DNA of 49,429 bases from Bifidobacteriaceae bacterium (lineage in GTDB: Bacteria > Actinomycetota > Actinomycetes > Actinomycetales > WQXJ01). The translations under genes were made by a program, and so were the position numbers. The stretch is from contig JAITLE010000216.1 of the NCBI GenBank assembly GCA_031278075.1, positions 1 through 49,429 on the forward strand, written 5' to 3'. Within the stretch, counting starts at the first letter, position 1. Each line of letters starts with the position of its first letter. This document shows, one piece after another, positions 44,718-49,429 of the stretch. The notes under the pieces were generated by a model that saw nothing but the letters and a program-made list of their open reading frames with translations, made no database searches and had not been told where the DNA came from.

Positions 44718-46135
44718 CGCACACCTCGGGGCATCGCGAGGCCCATCGAGTTGAACACGGCCTGGGTGTGCTCGTAATTGTCGCGGATCACATTGCGCGA
44801 TGCCGCGTTGATTCGACTGAGGATCTCCTCCATCGGGATGCGGTCGAACGGCCGCGCCTCCGCGACGCACGCCCGCGCCAGGTGGCGTAGGGCGTTCAGC
44901 TCTTCGTGGGTGCGGTTGAGCTGCGCGTCGATCGGTCCGACGAGCGGTCCGAGCTGCGCCGACACGCCGAAGCGCGGCACCTGGATGCGCCAGGTGGTGA
45001 GGAACTTCTGGAACTGGGTGAGATGGGCGCCAGCGGATTCGACCTGGGCGCCCACATCGCCGAGCACCCGATGGGCGCTCTCCAAGCCGGATCCGACGGC
45101 TTCGACGTCATCGGCCAGCGCATAGCACAGCAGCGGCACGTACAGGAAGCCCTCCGGCGGCGCGAAGCCGTCCAGGGTCTCGAGGGCGAAGTTGATCACC
45201 ATGTCGTTGTGGAGTTGCGCCAAGGCGATCCTGAAGCGTAGCTCCATCACCCCGAGGCGGATCTGGGAAAGCCGCTCCGGCAAGGGGGCGATGACCTGCT
45301 CCGCCCCCGCGCCGACCTGGGTCATCGCGTTCGCGGTGCTGGCCAAGATGGGAGCGTGGGACGCGACCCGCTGGGAGGCGTTGAGCGAGATCTGCGTGAC
45401 CTCCGCCAGCTGCGCCACGGTGCCGCCGAGCTGCTTCGAGCCGGCCTGCAAAGCTTCCGCCAACTGCTGGAGCGAGTCGAGGCGGCCCAGCAGATCGCCG
45501 ATCAGCTCATCCATCGCGACGGCGTTGTTCAGGATGTCGGCGATGTCGCCGTGCGCCTCGGGCCGGTAGGTCCTCCGCGCCGAGAGCGACACGCGGGTCT
45601 GGGTCTCGGCGGGCAACGCCGTGTACATGAACTCGTCATAGGAGGGGAAGCCCGCGTCGGACAGCATCCCCGCCAGGGAGGTCAAGCCGATCGTGGCGGT
45701 CTTGGACCGGTTGGCGCCTTTCGCCTTCCCGTCCTCCTCGATCGGCAGCGCCTGGCCGTAGAGCCCAAGCGCCGCGTTCCACAGCGGCTCGAATCTTGGC
45801 GAGGAACGGACCGACAAGAAGCCGCTGCCCATTGGCGTGACGGTGGCGAACACCTGATAGTCGAACCCGTCTTTGGCCAGATTCTTGACGTAGGCCGCGA
45901 ACGGTTTCCCGCCCAGCAGGGTGTCCCACATCAGCTTGAAGGCGCCCGCCGGCATCAGCGGGTTGCGAATCAGGTTGTGGGGCGCGCCCATCAACTCGTC
46001 CCGCGGGAACGCGGACAGCCGAGCGAACACGCTGTTGGCCGCGGTTATGACGCCCTTCCTGTCGGTGCAAGAGAAGAACAGCTCGTCGACACCGACCCGC
46101 CGTTCTTGCCCTATGCGGGATTTGCGATCAAGCAT
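44714..46135 (-). CDS. Aer-type PAS domain protein with uncharacterised C-terminal helical domain
   Basis: 473 aa. Residues about 15-115 (ITAANSVFARLSAFPRDELMGAPHNLIRNPLMPAGAFKLMWDTLLGGKPF) match the E. coli Aer FAD-PAS core ([30 protein letters not shown]). The rest is helical, with no canonical MCP hairpin motif and no TM segment. Confidence 0.75.
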   Translation of the reverse strand: MLDRKSRIGQERRVGVDELFFSCTDRKGVITAANSVFARLSAFPRDELMGAPHNLIRNPLMPAGAFKLMWDTLLGGKPFAAYVKNLAKDGFDYQVFATVTPMGSGFLSVRSSPRFEPLWNAALGLYGQALPIEEDGKAKGANRSKTATIGLTSLAGMLSDAGFPSYDEFMYTALPAETQTRVSLSARRTYRPEAHGDIADILNNAVAMDELIGDLLGRLDSLQQLAEALQAGSKQLGGTVAQLAEVTQISLNASQRVASHAPILASTANAMTQVGAGAEQVIAPLPERLSQIRLGVMELRFRIALAQLHNDMVINFALETLDGFAPPEGFLYVPLLCYALADDVEAVGSGLESAHRVLGDVGAQVESAGAHLTQFQKFLTTWRIQVPRFGVSAQLGPLVGPIDAQLNRTHEELNALRHLARACVAEARPFDRIPMEEILSRINAASRNVIRDNYEHTQAVFNSMGLAMPRGVR

Positions 46136-46733
46136 TGCGCAACCTATCCATAGCGACTCGGACCACCGCCACCAAGGCTTGCTTGGCCGCCTCCTTGGAG
46201 CGGGCGTCGGAATACATGATCGGGATGTCGGGGCCGACCGCCAACGCGTCGCGGACGTCCTCGAGGGTGTGCCGCGCTATCCCGTCGAAGCAGTTGATCA
46301 CCACGACGAACGGGATGTTGCGGGACTCGAAATAGTCCACCGCGGTGAACCCTTGGTCCAGGCGGTCGGTGTCGACCAGCACGACGGCGCCGATCGCGCC
46401 GCGCACCAAGTCGTCCCACATGAACAAGAAGCGTTCCTGCCCCGGTGTGCCGAACAGATAGAGCCAGAGCGACTCGCCCAACGCGATCCTGCCGAAGTCC
46501 ATGGCGACCGTCGTGGTGTCCTTCTGCGCGGCCCGCCGGCCGGCATCGTCCACCCCGAGGGAGTGTTCCGTCATGTCGGCTTCTGTGTTGAGCGGCTCGA
46601 TATCTGACACCGCGCCGATAAACGTCGTCTTGCCCACGGCGAAGCCACCCGCGACCACGATCTTGACGACCGTCGGGGGCTTGGTCCTGGTCACTGCGCC
46701 GCTGCGGGCTTGCTCATAGCTCGGATATTGCAT
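46128..46733 (-). CDS. cvnD: conservon-type small Ras-like GTPase (CvnD-like ATP/GTP-binding protein)
   Basis: 201 aa: KIVVAGGFAVGKTTF (P-loop), LYLFGTPGQERF (switch II), VVINCFDG. Confidence 0.85.
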   Translation of the reverse strand: MQYPSYEQARSGAVTRTKPPTVVKIVVAGGFAVGKTTFIGAVSDIEPLNTEADMTEHSLGVDDAGRRAAQKDTTTVAMDFGRIALGESLWLYLFGTPGQERFLFMWDDLVRGAIGAVVLVDTDRLDQGFTAVDYFESRNIPFVVVINCFDGIARHTLEDVRDALAVGPDIPIMYSDARSKEAAKQALVAVVRVAMDRLRNA

Positions 46734-47526
46734 TCAGAACACTCTCCAGTAACTCCAGGGTTTGCTCGCGGCTGACCGCGCCGGCGGTGAGGCCGCCTGC
46801 TCCGGCGACCGTGTCATGAACTAACAGGACGCCCGACTCGGCCAAGTCCGACACCAGGACCTTGACCACCCCGACCGGCAACTTCAAGTGGGCTGAGACT
46901 TCCGCGACCGTCAAATATGTGGTCGCGATCTGCCGGACGATCGCCAACTCCTCGGGCGACAAGCCCTTCCCCTTGTCGGCCAGCCACTGCTGGTTGGCCA
47001 CCTCCAAGATGGACTCGAGCCGGGTGTCGGTGGTGGCCTGGGTGCGGCCCCGTGTCACGACAAACGGCCGGACGGAGGACACGTCATGGTCTTCATTCGG
47101 GGAACCTTCGGGACGTTTGTCCGCCGCGGGCCGCGACCCGGCCGCCTGCGGCGGCAACGAGCCGGTGTGCGTCGGCAGCGAGCCGGTGTGATGCGGCGCC
47201 GTGTTCGTGCCCGCCGCCGGCTCGGGGCCGCGAGCCGGCGGAGTCGGCGGCGAAGCCGAATCGACCGCTTCGGCCTGCGCCGCCCGAGCCGCCCTGGTCC
47301 GCTCCGCCTCACGCGCCGCCGAAGTCAGGGGCCTGCGCCGCTCCACCTGGACAGCCCGCCCGCCGCGCGGCGCTGAAGGCCGCCGCGGCTCGGCCGTGAC
47401 CGGTGGCTCGCCAGGCGCCGGCACCCGGATGTTCGCCGGGTTCGTCAGCGAGTCGAAGGACCGCTCGGCGAGGCGCCCGTCGGGGCGTCCGGCGCGGAGG
47501 CGGGCCTGGGTTTGATCGGGCGTCAC
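46714..47526 (-). CDS. cvnC: DUF742 protein (CvnC-like) with about 150-aa disordered Pro/Ala/Arg-rich N-terminus
   Basis: 270 aa. C-terminal VRPFVVTRGRT ... SPEELAIVRQIATTYLTVAEVSAHLKLPVGVVKVLVSDLAESGVLLV. Confidence 0.8.
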   Translation of the reverse strand: MTPDQTQARLRAGRPDGRLAERSFDSLTNPANIRVPAPGEPPVTAEPRRPSAPRGGRAVQVERRRPLTSAAREAERTRAARAAQAEAVDSASPPTPPARGPEPAAGTNTAPHHTGSLPTHTGSLPPQAAGSRPAADKRPEGSPNEDHDVSSVRPFVVTRGRTQATTDTRLESILEVANQQWLADKGKGLSPEELAIVRQIATTYLTVAEVSAHLKLPVGVVKVLVSDLAESGVLLVHDTVAGAGGLTAGAVSREQTLELLESVLNAISEL

Positions 47527-47978
47527 AGGCCACCTCGCACAGTGCCTGTCGTGGGCAGCGAATCACGCATCTGGGCGATCAGGGCAGGGGTGAGGAACGT
47601 CTCGGCTTTGCCGACCAGGGTGGCCATCTCGTAGCCGACCAGGCCGACATCCGAGTCGGGTTCGCACAGGACTGCCAAGACCGATCCGTTCGAGATCGAC
47701 ATCAGCATCACGAACCCCTCCTCGTATTCGATCACGGACTGGCGGTCACGGCCGATCCCGAGTTCGCGCCCCGCCCCGCGAGCTAGCGAGGACATTCCCG
47801 AGCAGATCGCTGCCATGATGTCGCCGACGGTACGGTCGGCGCCGCCTGACATGGTCATAAGCAGCCCGTCCGCGCTGACGACCACTCCCAGCCTGGCGCC
47901 GGGGGTGGAGCGGACGAACGAGTCGAGGAGCCAGGTCAGGTCCTGCCTGTTCTCCCCGTGCTGGTAGCTGGTGGTCAT
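47523..47978 (-). CDS. cvnB: roadblock/LC7 domain protein (CvnB-like, MglB-type fold)
   Basis: 151 aa: LTWLLDSFVRSTPGARLGVVVSADGLLM ... SVIEYEEGFVMLMSISNGSVLAVL. The ATG is preceded by AAGGAGGAATC. Confidence 0.85.
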   Translation of the reverse strand: MTTSYQHGENRQDLTWLLDSFVRSTPGARLGVVVSADGLLMTMSGGADRTVGDIMAAICSGMSSLARGAGRELGIGRDRQSVIEYEEGFVMLMSISNGSVLAVLCEPDSDVGLVGYEMATLVGKAETFLTPALIAQMRDSLPTTGTVRGGL

Positions 47979-48043
47979 GAGATTCCTCCTTGAATGGGCG
48001 AGCTGGTGATCCCTTGCGGCGTTGCGGGGTTGGCGTTCATGCC

Positions 48044-49429
48044 TTACCCCTTACCGGCCGGCGCGCGGGATCCGCTGCGGCCACGCCTGGTGCCGAGTTG
48101 GAAAGCAGAGAGCGCCGACCGGATCTTGTCGGCGTCGCGGGCCTTGGGCGGCACTTTGGCGGGTTCCGCCACAGCAGGCACGGATGAGGCGCCCGATTGC
48201 CGCCGCGCCAAGCTGGAGGCGGGCCTCGACTCGGTCTTCTCTGGCTTGTAGGTGTTCAGCCCCGCCAATTCAGCGAGGGCCTCCTCCTGGATTGTGGCTC
48301 TCAGCGCGATCGCCGAACCGGCGATCGACGAGTTGAGATCCGGGATCGCCAGCGCCGCGTCGCCCCCGCCGCCTGGTTGCATGGTTCCGCCCGGTGAGAA
48401 GCCGCCCGTGGGCCGCCCGGTGGACGATGCCGTCCGGCCGTCCCCCGACATCGGCAACGGTCCCGTCGGGCCGACCGGGGCACGGGTCGGCAGCACGGGG
48501 CCGCTGGGGCCGCTTCGGACATCTTGGACACCGGGGGCGGCGCCGGGGCCGCCGCCCGGGAAGCCGGGCGCTGCGCCGAGATCCCCGGGAATCGGCGGGA
48601 GGCCGAGCGCGGGTCCCGGTGTGATGATCGCCGGCGCGGCGAATCCCGTCCGACCGCTTGGGCCGGGGCTCGCGCCGTCCGGGCTCGCGGCGCCGGGGCT
48701 CGGCTGACCGGGCGGAATGCCCGGTCCGGGGATGGAGCCTGGCGCGGGGAAGGCTGGCGCGCCACCGGGCGTGAAGGTCGGGGAGCCGGGCGGCGCCGCG
48801 GGCCCGCTCGGCGGCTGCGCGGGCGCGAAGCCGCCCACGGGGGCGGCCGGCCCCGCCGCTGGGCCGACTGCGACCGCAGGCGCCGGCTGGGCGGTCCGGT
48901 GTGCCGCCTGGGGCACACCGGGCCGGCTGAGCGGCGGGGCGGCGCCAATCGGCGGGATCAAGCCGGGTGGCACGGTGACATTCGGCGCGATGGCGCCGGG
49001 CGCGCTCGGCACCGGCGGGAAGGCCTCCAGCGGCCGGGCGACAAGGGGCCGGCGGGCCGTCGCCGGGCGGCGCGCCATCGGCGCGTCGGACCCGATGGGC
49101 CGCTCGCCGGTGGCTAGGGCTTCGGACAAGGCGGGCAGGTCTCCCGCCGGCGGCGCCGCAGCCCCGGGGCGGGCGGTCGGCCGCGCCCTATGCCCCGCCG
49201 GCTGGGCTGGTCCCGCCGGGGCGCCTCCGAAAGGGAACTGAGTTCCGGGGCCCGCGGGTCCCGGCGGCCTGATGACCGGTGGCGCCGTGGCGCCAGTCCT
49301 GTCGTGGAGAGCCTGCCCGTCCGCGGAATGGCGGGGCAAGACGGAACTCGGGTTCGCGCCCTCGCCCAGCGGCGTGAAACGCGCCCCGAGCGGCACTATC
49401 CCCATCCCGCCGGGCCGGTCCGTCGGGTC
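48044..49429 (-). CDS. partial CDS (5' end outside the window): Pro/Gly/Ala-rich C-terminal tail, probably of a CvnA-like sensor-kinase-like protein
   Basis: The reading frame is open to the window edge. More than 450 aa of low complexity, ending ...KIRSALSAFQLGTRRGR.... Assignment rests only on the conservon gene order cvnA-B-C-D; no catalytic domain is visible. Confidence 0.4.
   Translation of the reverse strand, partial: DPTDRPGGMGIVPLGARFTPLGEGANPSSVLPRHSADGQALHDRTGATAPPVIRPPGPAGPGTQFPFGGAPAGPAQPAGHRARPTARPGAAAPPAGDLPALSEALATGERPIGSDAPMARRPATARRPLVARPLEAFPPVPSAPGAIAPNVTVPPGLIPPIGAAPPLSRPGVPQAAHRTAQPAPAVAVGPAAGPAAPVGGFAPAQPPSGPAAPPGSPTFTPGGAPAFPAPGSIPGPGIPPGQPSPGAASPDGASPGPSGRTGFAAPAIITPGPALGLPPIPGDLGAAPGFPGGGPGAAPGVQDVRSGPSGPVLPTRAPVGPTGPLPMSGDGRTASSTGRPTGGFSPGGTMQPGGGGDAALAIPDLNSSIAGSAIALRATIQEEALAELAGLNTYKPEKTESRPASSLARRQSGASSVPAVAEPAKVPPKARDADKIRSALSAFQLGTRRGRSGSRAPAGKG

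Overview
High-GC actinobacterial chromosome segment, transcribed almost entirely on the minus strand. The conserved backbone is rpoB-rpoC, rpsL-rpsG-fusA-tuf, the S10 operon (rpsJ to rpsQ), the spc operon (rplN to rplO) and secY-adk-map. Four accessory blocks interrupt it. (1) Upstream of rpoB lies an eight-gene, translationally coupled operon. It joins a conservon-type G-protein module (Pro-rich tail of a probable CvnA-like gene, roadblock/LC7, DUF742, Ras-like GTPase) to an Aer-type PAS protein and a PilB-PilT-PilC type IV pilus motor. This is my best candidate for an undescribed system. (2) Between rpoC and rpsL sits a PAS-less paralogue of that PAS protein's uncharacterised helical domain. 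(3) Between tuf and rpsJ there is a stand-alone EF-Tu domain-II-like gene. Next to it is a roughly 8.5 kb sialic-acid-like (nonulosonic acid, possibly Kdn) glycan locus: NeuB-family synthase, NeuA-HAD fusion, several candidate transferases and a TauE-family permease. (4) After map come a SorC-family regulator, glpF-glpK and a lipoprotein. Several ribosomal proteins carry long low-complexity extensions, notably a roughly 100-aa acidic repeat tail on uL4. I saw no rRNA, tRNA, CRISPR array, transposase or integrase. The many long antisense and off-frame ORFs in the track are high-GC artefacts. Several track ORFs were trimmed to internal starts. Family calls come from reading the translated ORFs against remembered family signatures; no searches were run.
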